The notes under the pieces were generated by a model. The model was not told where the DNA came from. It saw only the letters and a program-made list of their open reading frames with translations, and searched no databases. DNA of 64,000 bases from an uncultured Acidobacteriota bacterium (GTDB lineage: Bacteria > Acidobacteriota > Vicinamibacteria > Vicinamibacterales > SCN-69-37), in the NCBI GenBank assembly GCA_963739035.1, contig CAVTYZ010000022.1, positions 57,334 through 121,333 of the forward strand, written 5' to 3'. A program made the position numbers and the translations under genes. Of this stretch, positions 23,298-38,891 are shown piece after piece. The first letter of the stretch is position 1. The number at the start of each line of letters is the position of its first letter.

Positions 23298-25632
23298 ATG
23301 TACACATTCGTTGCCGTTCTTGCCGTGACGGCGGCCGCACTCATCGGTCCTCGTGCGGCCGATGCTCAAGACAGCATGCTGGGCTCGTGCAAGAGCACGA
23401 TCCGGCCGCTGGGCCAAACGCCGGAACCCATTACCGACCGGCCCGCGCCACCCAACGCACTGCGCTACACCTTCGTCGGCGCGCCCGTCGTGATCACGTG
23501 CGACGACATGGTCCTGCAGGCGCGCACAATCATCTACGAAACGGACACGCAGGACATCCGAGCCAGCGGCGACGTGCTCCTGCAGCAGCGCGATCTGCGG
23601 GTGTTCGCCGAACGGGCTGAAATGAACAGCCGCACCAAGCTCGGCGTGTTCTACGAGGCCAACGGCATCGCCCGCATCGGCGAGGCCCCCGAGGAAAAGA
23701 GTCAATTCGGCACGCTCGAGTCGGACGTGTCATTTCGGGGCAAGCGAATCGAGAAGGCCGGACCGAAGACGTACAAGATCAACGACGGCGCCTTCACCAC
23801 GTGCGCTCAGCCCGTGCCGCGGTGGGAAATGACGATGGGCAACGCGACAATCACGCTCGACGAGCACGCCCTGATGCGCAGCGTCGTCCTGCGCGTCAAG
23901 GATGTGCCGCTGTTCTATCTACCCGCGTTCTACTACCCCATGGAGAAGGACGACCGAACCACCGGATTCCTCCTGCCGACTTATGGCGCCTCCAACCTGC
24001 GAGGCTCCTCGCTCAGCAACGCGTTCTTCTGGGCCATCAGCCGCAGCCAGGACGCCACGTTCTTCCACGACTGGACGTCGAAGTTCGGACAGGGCTTCGG
24101 CAGCGAGTACCGCTATGTCAAATCAGCGGGCTCCCGGGGCACCGCCAAGTTCTTCATGACGAACACTCCAGCCACGTTCGGCGACGAAGGCGCGGCCGCG
24201 ACGAGCGCCAGCCGGTCCTATGACGTGACGGGCGACGTCAACCAGGCGTTGCCTCGAAATTTCCGGCTGATCGGCCGGGTGAACTACTTCACGGACATCG
24301 CGACGCAGCAGCTGTATCAGGACGCGTATCAGTCGGACCAACGGCAACGCCGCGACATCACGGCGAACGTCAGCGGCAGCGTGGCCCGGATGCGCATCAC
24401 CGCGGGGGCTGAGCTGCACGAGTTACTTTTACGACCGAGTCGATAGCGAGAGCGGTGTGGTCTCCGCCAGCCGTCAACGGAACGGACGCATGCCGACGGT
24501 CAACGTGTCGATGCCGGACCGCGCGATTGGCTCGTCAAGGGTCTACCTCGGCGGTTCCGCACAGGCCAGCTACCTGCTCGATCAACAGAATCTCGACGAT
24601 CCGCTCACGAAACAGAATCTGTTCCGGTTCGATGGCGGGCCGTCGATCCGCGCGCCGTTGAGCACCCTGTCGTTTCTGTCCGCGACGGCGGATGCCTCGT
24701 GGCGAATCACGCACTGGAGCAAGTCGTACGTGATCACGAATCTTGACGATCCGACGGAGGATCGCCTGCAAGTGCCGATCGGACTGACCCGTCAGCTCTT
24801 TGAAGTCGAGGCCAGCATGACAGGACCGGTCCTGGCGCGCATCTTCCCGGGACCGCGGGCTGAAACACGTCATCGAGCCGCGGTTTTCCATCGGTCGGAC
24901 CTCGTCGTTCGCCGATCGGATCCGGGTCGTCGAGATCGACAGCGTCGATACGCTGGTGGGTGGAACGACGACCGTGAACTACGGCTTGATCAATCGCCTG
25001 CTCGTTCGCGGCGCGCCGTCCGCGCCCGGCCGGCGGGGGCAGGTGCGCAGAGGTCCTGTCTGTCGCGATTACGCAGTCCTACTACACGGAGCCAGCTGGC
25101 CTCCATCTACGACCCCGACTACTCGAGCAATCTGGATGCGACGGCGTCCAGTTTTTCGCCGGTGAGCATTCGCGCGTCCGTCCGCGTGAACGACAGCTCG
25201 TCCGGCGACTTCCGGATGGACATCGACTCGAAGCACCGCGCGATTCGGACCACGAGCGGCACCTTCAGAATGTACTGGGAGACGACCGAAGTCAGCGCGG
25301 AGTGGTCGAGGCGCTTCGTCATTCCCGGGCTGGCCGGTTTCAAGACCGGCCGGCATTTTCTCAGCGGCGGCACCACCATACGTTCCCGGAACAATCACCT
25401 GGGCGGTTCGTACCGGTTCACCTTCGACGTGCTGGATCGCTCATTTGTGGACCAGCGAATGGGCGCGTACTACAGCAGCCAGTGCTGCGGCGTGTCGTTC
25501 GACTACCAGAAGATGGACACGCCGCTCTGGTCGGCGCAGGGGGTACCGACAAATTCGCAATTCTCGCTGTCCTTCACGCTCGCCGGCATCGGATCGTTCT
25601 CGAACCCGCTCGGGTCCTTTGGTGGACGATAA
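23298..25632 (+). CDS. lptD: LPS-assembly outer-membrane protein LptD family (frameshifts)
   Basis: Signal peptide, OstA-like region, FTTC..P.PRW, DVPLFYLP, GFLLP, C-terminal Y..QCCG and FSLSFTLAGIGSF. Confidence 0.82.
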
Positions 25633-25674
25633 TGTCCGCGCGGGTCGGATGACGACCCGAAAGGACCTCTTGCT

Positions 25675-26701
25675 GTGACACTCGTGAACGTGCTCGTCAC
25701 CGGCGGCGCCGGTTTCATCGGATCGAACTTCGTGCGGTGGGCGCACGAGCGCCATCCCGACTGGCGCATCACCACGCTCGACAAGCTGACCTACGCTGGC
25801 CGCCTCGAGAACCTGCGCGAGGTGATGGACAGCCCGCGGCACCGTTTCGTGAAGGGCGACATCGCGGACGCGGCGGTCGCGGCGCCGCTCGTCCGCGAGT
25901 CCCACGTGGTCGTCCACTTCGCCGCCGAGACCCATGTCGATCGCTCGATTCAGTCGGCGGGCGATTTCATCCAGACGGACATTTTCGGCACGTTCGTGCT
26001 GCTCGAGGCCGCCCGCGAGGCGACTGGGCTTCGTCGCTTCGTCCAGATTTCCACCGACGAGGTGTACGGCAGCGTGCCCGAAGGTCACAGCCGGGAAACG
26101 GACGAGCTCCGCCCGCGCAACCCGTATTCGGCCAGCAAGGCGGGCGCGGATCGCCTGGCCTACAGCTACTTCGCGACGTACCAGGTGCCGGTGGTCATCA
26201 CCCGCGCGTCGAACAACTACGGCTCGCATCAGTTCCCGGAAAAAGTGATTCCGCTCTTCATCACCAACGCGATCGACAACCTGGCCCTTCCGCTCTACGG
26301 CGACGGGTTGAATGTGCGCGATTGGCTGCATGTGGACGATCACTGCCGGGGCATCGACGTCGTGATCGACAAAGGGCAGCCTGGCGAGGTCTACAACATC
26401 GGCGGCGGAAACGAAGTGCGGAACGTCGACCTGACGCATCGCATCCTCGAGCTGGCGGGAAAGCCGACGTCGCTCATCCGGCCCGTGGCCGATCGGCCAG
26501 GGCATGACCGCCGCTATGCCCTGGACACGACGAAGCTCAAGAGCCTCGGCTGGCAGCCCGAGGTGCCGTTCGACCGCGGGCTCGCGGGTACCGTCGAGTG
26601 GTACCGAGCGCAACGAGTGGTGGTGGCGGCCGATCAAAGAGAAGGATGAGGCGTTCCGCGCCTACTACGCGGCGCAGTACGGCAATCGATCGGGTGCCTG
26701 A
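25675..26701 (+). CDS. rfbB: dTDP-glucose 4,6-dehydratase (frameshift near 26610)
   Basis: VTGGAGFIGSNF, DKLTYAG, FAAETHVDRSI, STDEVYG, PYSASK, DRPGHDRRY. Confidence 0.96.
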
Positions 26702-26710
26702 CGCCCTGAC

Positions 26711-27690
26711 ATGCGCGCGGACGTGACCCTCGTCACCGGGGCCACCGGGTTTGCCGGCTGGCACCTCCTCAGCAGTCTGGATCAGCGCGGCACACTGGTC
26801 GGGTGCTGCCGGCCGGGCGGCCAGCCGCCAAAGCCGGGTGGGCGGATCATCTGGCAAGGCGTCGACCTGACCGACCGCGACAGCGTCATCTCGGCGGTCG
26901 CGGAGACCCGCCCGTCGCGGATCTTCCACGTCGCCGGCGCGCCCAACGTGGCGACCTCATGGTCGAGCGCGGTCTCACACCTCGCGGTGAATGCACTGGG
27001 CACTCATCACGTCCTCGAGGCCGTGCGGCTGCGCGGTGAACCCTGCCGCGTTCTCGTCGTGTCGTCGGGCCAGATCTATCGGTCGAGCGACGATCCGATC
27101 GACGAGAATGCCCCGCTCGCGCCATCGAATCCGTACGGCTTGTCAAAACTCGCGCAGGACCAACTGGCCCTCAACGTGGCGCGCGACGAGCGGCTCGACG
27201 TCGTGGTCGCCCGCCCGTTCAACCACATCGGGCCCGGCCAGCAGCCCGGCTTCGCGGTGTCGAGCTTCGCGCGACAGATCGCGCGAATCGAACGCGGTCT
27301 CGAGCCGCCGACCATCCGCGTCGGCAATCTCGAAGCACGGCGCGACATCACCGACGTGCGAGACGTCGTGCGCGCGTACGGCCGGATCATGGAGGGTGGA
27401 ACCAGCGGGCGCGCGTACAACGTGTGCTCCGGACGATCGTGGCGGATTCGCGATTTGCTCCACGAGCTCCTGAACCTCTCGTCGGCGTCGATTGACGTCG
27501 AGATCGACGCCGCCCGCTTTCGGCGGAACGACGTGCCCATCGTCCAGGGCGACGGTAGCCGGATTCGCTCCGAGCTCGACTGGACGCCCACCATTCGCGT
27601 CGAGCAGACGCTCCGCGACACCCTGGACTGGTGGCGGGAGGAGATCAGCGAACAGCAGAAGGCCGAGAACGCTCGAGCTGGGTTAGGCCG
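26711..27690 (+). CDS. NDP-sugar epimerase/dehydratase, GDP-mannose 4,6-dehydratase/Rmd-like; 3' end uncertain
   Basis: TGATGFAG, PYGLSK, RPFNHIGPGQ, VGNLEARRDITDVRDVVRAY, TLRDTLDWWR. Confidence 0.85.
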
Positions 27691-27730
27691 AAGTCGCCTG
27701 ATTCTGCTGTCTGCGGCCAGGGCGTCGCAT

Positions 27731-27754
27731 TTTCGTCTTATCTTCGCCTATGCT
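27731..27754 (+). promoter_or_regulatory. Candidate LexA-type direct repeat plus -10 box for the radical SAM gene
   Basis: TTTC-N7-CTTC (27731-27745), then TATGCT (27749-27754), 6 nt before ATG 27761. Confidence 0.45.
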
Positions 27755-27760
27755 GTGCTC

Positions 27761-28737
27761 ATGCGGGCACAGCTTCCATTGTTCCCAGAGGCGATCGAGG
27801 CACCCACGCTCCGCGACATCGCGAACGCCGTCCGGGAATCCGGTAGCGAGTCGCTTCCCGACGCCCACCGTCGTGCGGACGAGGCGCGCTACCAGGAAGT
27901 CCACGTTCGGTCCGCCCTCACCCGGTCGATGGGCATGCCCTTCAAATGGGCGCTCAATCCGTACCGCGGCTGTACGCACGCCTGCGAGTACTGCTACGCG
28001 CGCAAATATCAGCGACACCTCGAGCTCAATGCCTCCGATGACTTCTCGACGTTGATCCTTGTCAAACGGAATCTGCCCGATGTGTTGCGGCGGGAGCTTT
28101 CACGCGCCGCGTGGGCGCGCGAAACCGTCGCGGTCGGAACCGCGACCGACCCGTATCAGCCGATCGAAGGTCACTACCGCATCACCCGGCGCAGCCTGGA
28201 AGCGCTCGTCGAGGCCGGCACGCCGTTCTCGGTCGTCACGAAGGGCCCGATGATCGTGCGCGACGCCGACGTGCTCGCTCGGGCGGCGCGGTCGTCTGGG
28301 TGCACGGTCTACATGAGCGTACCGACCGTGCTCGATGATGTCTGGGCCAGCCTCGAGCCGGGGACGGCCCACCCGCGCCAACGCCTGCGGGCCGTTCGCC
28401 AGCTCATGGACGCCGGCGTCGATGCCTCGGTGTTCATGATGCCGCTCGTCCCGGGTCTGAGCACGTCACGGACGAGCATCGAGCGCACGCTGTCGGCGAT
28501 TGCAGAAGCCGGAGTGCCGTTCTCCGGCTCCGGCGTGGCTCGCTTCGATCCGGGCGCGCGCGAGCACTTCTTCGCGTTTCTCGCGCGAGAACACCCGGAT
28601 CTCGTTGAAGGCTACGAGCGCTTGTACCCGGCGTCAACGCGCCGGCCACGTACGCGAAGGCGGTAAAGAAAGTCGTGACGGATACGCTCGAGCGCCTGCG
28701 TGTCGCAGGAAGGGTCCGAATCCGCCACAAGCCCTAG
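27761..28737 (+). CDS. Radical SAM protein, Rv2578c/SplB-like family (frameshift near 28630)
   Basis: WALNPYRGCTHACEYCYAR (CxxxCxxC), GTATDPYQPIE, LEPGTAHP. Confidence 0.87.
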
Positions 28738-28746
28738 GCCGTGAGC

Positions 28747-29580
28747 CTAGGCCCTGTTCAAGAGCTTCTGAATCCTGGCTTCGGTCGAGGGATGCGTCGA
28801 GAAGAGCGACATCAATCCGCCGCCAGAAAACGGCGACATGATGAACATGTGCGCCGTCGCCGGGTTGGCGTCGAGCGGCACGTGCCTGGCCGTGGCTTCA
28901 ATGCGCCGCAGCGCCTGGGCGAGACCGAGCGGCGAGCCCACGATCTCCGCGCCGCGGCGATCCGCCGCGAATTCGCGCTGACGGGAAATCGCCGCCTGGA
29001 TCAACATCGCGGCGATCGGCGCGAGGAGTGCCGTCGCGAGAAGGCCAAACGTATTGCCGCCTTCGCGGCTGTCGCGGCTTCCGCCAAAGAACGCGGCGAA
29101 CCGGGCCATGTTGGCCAGCATCATGATCGCCGCCGCCATCGTCGCGGCCACCGAGCTGATCAGGATGTCCCGGTGCTGCACGTGTGCCAGCTCGTGCGCG
29201 ATGACACCTTCGACTTCGCTTTCCGAGAGCGCCTTCAACAAGCCCTCGGTCGCGGCGACGGCCGCGTGCTGAGGATTCCGTCCGGTGGCAAACGCATTGG
29301 GGGACGCGTCAGGAATCACGTAGACACGCGGCATCGGCAACCCGGCCTTCTGGGCCAGGCGCGCCGTGATCCGATGAAGCGGATGATCGGATCCGACCTC
29401 CTGCGCGCGGTACATCCGGAGCACGATCTTGTCGGAGAACCAGTAACTGCCGACGTTCATCACGACCGCCAGCCCGAACGCGAAGACCATCCCCTGCTCA
29501 CCGCCCAGGTAGCCGCCGATAAGCAGAAAAAGGGCACTGAGCCCGCCGAGCAACGCCGCCGTCTTCAATCCACTGGTCAT
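28747..29580 (-). CDS. htpX: Zinc metalloprotease HtpX
   Basis: [32 protein letters not shown]. Confidence 0.96.
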   Translation of the reverse strand: MTSGLKTAALLGGLSALFLLIGGYLGGEQGMVFAFGLAVVMNVGSYWFSDKIVLRMYRAQEVGSDHPLHRITARLAQKAGLPMPRVYVIPDASPNAFATGRNPQHAAVAATEGLLKALSESEVEGVIAHELAHVQHRDILISSVAATMAAAIMMLANMARFAAFFGGSRDSREGGNTFGLLATALLAPIAAMLIQAAISRQREFAADRRGAEIVGSPLGLAQALRRIEATARHVPLDANPATAHMFIMSPFSGGGLMSLFSTHPSTEARIQKLLNRA

Positions 29581-29699
29581 GATTTTCGATTATCGCACGC
29601 CGATTGTTTGCTCGCCGGCGAGCGGCCATCCCTCTGCGTTTATGACGTCAGCGAGAAACGGCGAGTTTCAATCGTGGCCGTTCGTATAATGAGGATGAG

Positions 29700-30260
29700 A
29701 TGAAGGCGCTCTTGACGCCGGCCGCCGCGGCGTTGCTCATGGCGACGAGCCCTCTACGCGCAGGCACCGCAGGGTCCCTTCGTGCCGAAGCCGTTTCCCG
29801 GCAGTGTTCCGGCCCGGCCGGCGGATCCGCAACGGCCCCGGCGCCGTCAACCGCGCCGCCCGCGACGAGCGCGCCGCTCCCGGAGGTTCCGCCTCCACCG
29901 CCGAGCGCACAGGCGCCTCAGGGTCTTCCGGTGTACCCGACGGCCGAGTTCATCGACGGCTTCGACGCCGGCTCCGGGCAGCGCTACTACCTGTACGGCA
30001 CGGACATGCCGTTCGACGACATCGTCGCCTACTACCGCAACGTTCTGAAGAATGGCGGGCGGGAGCTCTTCCGCGAACCACCCATGCGGCAGTTCGATCT
30101 GGGCCGCTACCAGGAAAACACGATGGCCTACCCGCCGAGCGTCGTCGTGAAGGACTACACGTGGAACGGCGGCACGGGATATCTGGCCGTGTCGGGCACG
30201 ACCGAGAAGCGCTTTCGAACCATCATTCAGATCGTCCCAGTCACCGCCGCGCAGCAGTAG
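29700..30260 (+). CDS. Hypothetical secreted protein with Pro-rich linker
   Basis: Signal-like N-terminus, Pro/Ala linker, globular C-terminus (PVYPTAEF...IVAYYRNVLK); TATAAT just upstream. Confidence 0.65.
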   Translation: MKALLTPAAAALLMATSPLRAGTAGSLRAEAVSRQCSGPAGGSATAPAPSTAPPATSAPLPEVPPPPPSAQAPQGLPVYPTAEFIDGFDAGSGQRYYLYGTDMPFDDIVAYYRNVLKNGGRELFREPPMRQFDLGRYQENTMAYPPSVVVKDYTWNGGTGYLAVSGTTEKRFRTIIQIVPVTAAQQ

Positions 30261-30832
30261 ACGCCGGCCGCCGCCCGGATACATTCCGCCGAAAACAATC
30301 GCTCGTGTGGTCGTTGACGAGACCAACGGCCTGCATGAAGGCGTAGCAGATCGTCGAGCCGACGAACCGGAATCCTCGTCGCCGAAGATCGTGGCTCAGC
30401 GCGTCTGAATCGGACGTCCGTGCCGGCACGTCCGACATCGCCCGCGGTCGGTTCACGAGCGGCGCGCCTGCCACCATGCTCCAGACATAGGCATCGAAGC
30501 TCCCGAATTCCGACTGAACTCGGAGAAACGCCTTGGCGTTGGTGACGGCGCTCTCGACCTTGAGCCGGTTGCGGACGATGCCGGCATCGGCGAGGATGCG
30601 CGCGACTCGCGCCTGAGAGAAGCGCGCGACCCGCTCGGGATCGAATCCGTCGAACACCCGTCCTGTACGCGTCGCGTTTCCTGAGGATCGTCTCCCAGCT
30701 GAGACCGGCCTGCGCGCCTTCGAGAATCAGGAACTCGAACAGGACGCGATCGTCGTGCACCGGCACGCCCCACTCGGCGTCGTGATACGCGATCGACAGG
30801 TCGGATCGAGCCCAGCCACAACGCGTGGCCAC
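30241..30832 (-). CDS. tag: DNA-3-methyladenine glycosylase I (frameshift near 30660)
   Basis: RCGW, YHDAEWG, LEGAQAGLSWETILRKR, IVRNRLKV, GFRFVGSTICYAFMQAVGLVNDH..DC. Confidence 0.95.
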
Positions 30833-30833
30833 G

Positions 30834-32061
30834 TCAGCGACGCTCCCCGGGAAGAATCGCGGCGAGTGTCATCGCACCGGTCAGATTCGCCGTCGTCCGA
30901 AACATGTCGGGAATCGTGTCCAGGGCCAGGAGGACGCCGATGCCGTCGATCGGCAGCCCGGCGGCCGCCAGAACCGGGACCAGCGTGACGATGCTGCCGC
31001 CGGGAATACTGGGAACGGCGTACGTCGCCAGGACGACGGCGACGACCACTGTCGCCATGGCCGCGCCGTCGAGGGTGACACCAGAGAGATTCGCCAGAAA
31101 CAGCACACCGACAGTCTGTGCGACGGCGGCGCCGAAGTGAAACACCGACACGGCGAGCGGCAACACGAATCGCGAAAGACCGGGCGCCAGTCCTTCACGC
31201 TCGGCGCTGGCAATGGCCGCTGGCAGCGACGCGAGCGACGATCGGGAGGCAAACGCGATGGCCTGGGCCGGCGCCAGAAAGGCTGCAAACGCGGCGGGGC
31301 GCATGCGTCCCCACACGAGGCCCAGCGGATAGAGCATGACGAGCACCGCGGTGACGGTCATCACGACGACCAGTCCAACGTACGCCAGCGCGGCACCCGC
31401 GAAGGACGCGCCGAAGCGTGCCGAGAGCGGCACCGCCAGCGCGAACACGCCGATTGGCGCGAGTTGCAGAATCCACGTGACCATGCGCTGCATCACTTCG
31501 ACGACGCCTTCGGCGACCTTGAGCACCGCCGCGCGCCGCTCGTCCGCGACCTGGCCGAGCGCGAGACCGAAGATCACGGCGAACAGAATGACCGGGAGCA
31601 TGGCACCGTCGGCCGCCGCCCGAATCACGTTCTGCGGCACCAACTCGACGAACCATTGGGCGACGCTCGGCGACTGGGCGCCTGACGAAGAGGTCGCGGT
31701 GGAATCGGCCGCATGCAACGATTCCGCGGCGCTCGCGTCCACGCCGACGTGCGCAAGGATGGGCGCCGCGACCAGCACGCTCGCGGCTGACGCGACGGCG
31801 ACGCAGGATCACCGAGATGACCGCCGCCTGAAGCGTGACGCGGCCCAGCCCGCCCGGCGCAGACATGGCGCCCAGGCTCGCCACGAGCATCGACGCGACC
31901 AGCGGGATCGCCGTCATACGAATCAGATTGACGAAAATCGTGCCGACCGGCGTCAGCAATTGCCCCAGGAGCTCCGCAGCTCGCGGCGATACCTCGACGA
32001 GCAGCATGCCGATCAGGAACCCGGCGACGAGGCCCGCGAGCACCCGGACGGTGAGCGTCAT
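30834..32061 (-). CDS. Dicarboxylate/amino acid:cation symporter, GltP/DctA family (frameshift near 31800)
   Basis: GTIFVNLIRMTAIPLV, VPQNV, LAPIGVFAL, AFASRSSLASLP, DMFRTTANLTG. Confidence 0.9.
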
Positions 32062-32067
32062 CGTCTG

Positions 32068-32138
32068 CTAACTTCGAACGTGGAACTTCAAACTCCAAAC
32101 TTCGGAATTTGAAGTTTGAAGTTTGAAGTTCGAAGTTG
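32068..32138. repeat. Heptamer-periodic inverted repeat
   Basis: aacttcg aacgtgg aacttca aactcca aacttcg followed by tttgaag tttgaag tttgaag ttcgaag tt. Confidence 0.85.
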
Positions 32139-32149
32139 GCGCACGCTTT

Positions 32150-33871
32150 CTACTCAACACCCACCGACCCGTCCGGTTGCCGCCGGTCGAGCCCGCCTTC
32201 GACGACGTCGCGAGTGGCGTCGTAGACGATCACCTCGGCGACGCCCTGCCGAGTGCCTTCGTCCAGCTCATGGCCCATCGCGCGAAGGGCGCCGAGCGTG
32301 TCGCTCGACAGGCCGTAGCGTTCGTAGCTGAGCTGATTCGGCAGCCACTGGTGATGAAAACGGCCCGCGTCCACGGCCTCCTGGGCATTCATGCCGAAGT
32401 CCACGGCGTTGAGAATGGTGAGGAGCACGGTGTTGATGATGGTCCGGCCTCCGGGACTGCCGGTGACCATGAACAGGCGACCGTCCCTGGCCACTATCGT
32501 CGGCGTCATGCTCGACAGCATGCGCTTGCCGGGCTGGGCGAGATTCGGCGCGGTTCCAATCAGACCGTCGGGCGTCGTGAGATCCGGCGCCGCGTTGAAG
32601 TCCCCCATCTCGTTGTTGAGGAGAAAGCCCGCACCGGGCACGACGATCCCCGATCCGTATCCGTACTCGAGCGTGTAGGTCAGCGCGACGGCGTTGCGTT
32701 CGGCATCCACGACTGAGAAATGGGTGGTCTCGGTGCTCACGGACGGCCAGGTGAAACTCGTCGGCGTCGATGGTGAAGCGCGGCGCGGATCGATCGTTTT
32801 CCGGAGCTCTGCGGCGTACGGTTTCGAAATCAGCCGGTCGATCGGCATGCGCGGGTTGAACGCCGGATCGCCGAGGTGGGCGCGCGCGGTCGGCAAACGC
32901 CCGCCGCATCGCCTCCGACAATCAGATGGACGTTCTCGGCCGAACCGTAGCCGTTCTTCGCGAGGTCATAGCCCTCGAGGATGTTGAGCATCTCGATGAG
33001 GCCACGCCGCCGGAGCTGATCGGCGGCATCGACAGGACCTCGTGTCCACGGTACTCGCCGCGAAGCGGTGGCACGCGGCGCTGCGCGGATACGCGCCGAG
33101 ATCCGCGCGTCGTGATGAGCCCGCCGCGCGCCTTCATCTCGGCCTCGATCAGCCGCGCCGTTTCGCCCTCGTAGAAGCCTTTCGCGCCTTGTGTCGCGAT
33201 GCGTTCGAGCGTCCGCGCGAGATCCGGCTGTCGCAGCACCTCACCCGGCCCGTACGGGACGCCGGCCTTCGAAAACTGCGCGACCGACGCCGGATACGGC
33301 GCCATTCGGTCCAGCACGCCCTCGAGCGAACGCGCCAGATCGATCGTGACCGGAAATCCGTCGCGGGCCAACTGTATGGCCGGCTCGATCAACTGTGGCC
33401 ATGGCAGCCGCCCGTGCTCTTCCCACGCGAGGAACAAGCCCGCGACGGTGCCGGGGACGCCGACGGCGAGGTGGCTCTGGTGGTGGACATTCGGGTCGGT
33501 ACACCCCGTCCTTCATGAACATCGTCGGCGACGCGCCGGCCGGCGCCATCTCGCGGAAGTCGTACGCGGTTGGTTCACCCTTGGCCGGCCGAAACACGAG
33601 AAACCCGCCGCCGCCGATGTTGCCGGCCGTCGGGTGTGTGACCGCAAGCGCGAAGGCCGTCGCGATGGCCGCGTCCACCGCGTTGCCGCCTCGTCGCAGG
33701 ATGTCCGCGCCGATCTCCGACGCACGGCCGTTGGCGGACACCACCATGCCTTTCGTGGCCCGGACCGGCTGGGAGCTGCGGGCGAGCGCGCCGGGAGTGA
33801 GTGCGTAGAGAACCAGCCCCAGCACGACGTACGTCACGCCGGGCGTCAACCCGGCGCCGTTCCGCGTACGC

Positions 33872-33882
<11 letters not shown>
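32150..33882 (-). CDS. ggt: Gamma-glutamyltransferase (several frameshifts)
   Basis: GGNAVDAA, AGNIGGGGF, DFREMAP, ETTHFSVVD, LLNNEMGDF, PGKRMLSSMTPT, GSPGGRTII. Confidence 0.95.
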
Positions 33883-36931
<3,049 letters not shown>

Positions 36932-36949
36932 TTGGACTATAACACCCTC

Positions 36950-36985
36950 AACTTTGAACTTCGAAGTTCGAACTTCGAAGTTTGA
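36950..36985. repeat. Short heptamer palindromic repeat
   Basis: aactttg aacttcg aagttcg aacttcg aagtttg. Confidence 0.75.
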
Positions 36986-36994
36986 CGTTTCCCG

Positions 36995-38180
36995 CTACTC
37001 CGCCCGTCTCAGCACCATGCACTTCAAATAGTGCGTTTCGGGCACCGTCAGCAGAACGGGATGATCGCGTGACTGCATGCGTTTTTCGACGAGCGTCATC
37101 GATCGGCGCGCGTCGATCGCGGCGTCTCGCAGCACCTCGAGGAACAGCGCCTCGCCGACGTTATACGAACAACTGCACGTGATGAGATGGCCGCCGGGCG
37201 CGAGCAGGCGCATCGCCCGGAGGTTGATCTCCTTGTACCCGGCCAGGGCGCGTTCGACCGCCGCCTTGTTCCTGGCGAAACGCCGGAGGGTCGAGCACGA
37301 TGACGTCGAAGGTGACGCCGCTTGATTCGAGCTCGCGCAGCTCATCGAACACGTTGACGTCGCGCGCCTCGACATTGCCCAGCTGGTTCAGGCGCGCGTG
37401 CTCGAGCGTCGCCGCCACGGCCGCGTCCGAGCTGTCGAGCGCCACCACGGAGTCGGCGCGGGCCGCCATCTGCAGGGCAAATCCTCCGTTGTACGTAAAC
37501 GCGTCCAGCACCCGCCCACGGGCGTACCGTGCCGCCGCCTGGTGGTTCTCGCGCTGGTCGAGAAATGCCCCGGTCTTCTGGCCCTGGCGAAGATCCACCG
37601 GCACGGTGATGGCGCCCTCACGTACGGCGATGCGGTCAGGAATCTCGCCGTAGAGAACGGCGACCTGCGAATCCAGGCCCTCGAGCTGCCGGACCTTCGG
37701 ATCGTTCCTGGCGAGGACGCCGCGAGGCGCGAACAACTCGACGAGCGACTCGACCAGCAGACCAAGCCGACGATCAGCCCCCTGCGACAGCGTCTGCACG
37801 ACGAAGTACGTCCCTGACGCGTCCTCGTAGCGATCCACGATTGTGGCCGGCAGACGATCGGCTTCCGCGTGGACCAGCCGCCAGGCCGACGAGTCGATGT
37901 CCAGTCCGGCGCGGTAGTCGGCGGCGGCCGCAAGCCGCTCGCGGAGCCACGCGGCCTCGTCGGTCACCGCACGCTCAGGCTCGAGCGCGATCATGCGCAG
38001 CGCGATCTGCGAGAGGCTGCTCCAGTACGCCCAGCCGAGCGGCCGACGCCCCTCACCAACGACCCGCACGATGTCGCCGGGATCGGCATCGGCGCGTGAG
38101 ATGTCCGATCGATAAATCCAGGGATGCCCGGCGCGAATCCGTTCCGCGCCGCGGCGCGTGACGACGGCGGTGTGGGCCAT
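36995..38180 (-). CDS. Class I SAM-dependent rRNA methyltransferase, RlmI family (frameshift near 37280)
   Basis: PUA-like GHPWIYRS, RLVHAEAD.LP, GQKTGAFLDQRENH, FDVIVLDPPAF, TCSCS, ETHYLK. Confidence 0.9.
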
Positions 38181-38184
38181 GCGG

Positions 38185-38835
38185 CTACTCGCCGGCGCCA
38201 ATGAACTTGTCGTCCTCGTCGGCGAAGAGGATGTTGAAGCTCGTCAGCGATCCGTAGCATCCGCTGATGTACGACTGGAGCTTGACCTTCACGTCGTCGG
38301 GAAGATCGGAGGCATTCACCTGCTGTTCAAGCGTTCGCAGGCGATTGCGGAGCATGACCACCTTATGGAAGAAGGTCTCGATCGGCCAGGCCTTTTCCTG
38401 GACACCCGGCGTGCCCGGCCGCAGCACGAGCGTGCCGCCACGCCACTTGTCCGCCGGCACGGCCGACGTCAGGCCAGACTCTTCGCGAATGATGCGGCGC
38501 AACAACAACTCGAGGTCAGCCGTGGGATCCTCCGGCAGCATGATAGCGGGCGAACGGCGCTCGCGATCGCTGACGAGCGCGAATGTCGTCCGGGACTCGC
38601 GCGCGGGCGATGTGGCCGGCCGACGCGAATCCGGCGGGCTGACGGACGGCTCACCGGCTGGCGATTGACGCGGCCCGCCCCGGTACGCGTGCTCGCTTCG
38701 GCAGAAGCCGCACGTCACCCGCAGTGGAACGCCCGCGGCGTCCGACGCGATCACGGTGTGCATGCGATCGGCTTTACACGCACGGCAGTAGTCCTCGATC
38801 GCCGAGCCGGCGCGATAGGTGCGCATGACGGTCAT
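38185..38835 (-). CDS. Conserved hypothetical protein with N-terminal zinc ribbon
   Basis: CRAC...CGFC..H, low-complexity linker, helical C-domain PIETFFHKVVMLRNRLRTLEQQ...YGSLTSFNILF. Confidence 0.8.
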   Translation of the reverse strand: MTVMRTYRAGSAIEDYCRACKADRMHTVIASDAAGVPLRVTCGFCRSEHAYRGGPRQSPAGEPSVSPPDSRRPATSPARESRTTFALVSDRERRSPAIMLPEDPTADLELLLRRIIREESGLTSAVPADKWRGGTLVLRPGTPGVQEKAWPIETFFHKVVMLRNRLRTLEQQVNASDLPDDVKVKLQSYISGCYGSLTSFNILFADEDDKFIGAGE

Positions 38836-38891
38836 GACGAATTATCATCCACACGCCGACCGGCATCGCGTTTTCAGCTATCATTTCGGCC

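Noticed and set aside
26711-28666. Apparent sugar dehydratase-radical SAM fusion (651-aa ORF)
   Set aside because: The linker looks non-coding and contains its own -10 box and candidate operator before ATG 27761. A stop lost to an indel is more likely, though reads are needed to exclude a real fusion.
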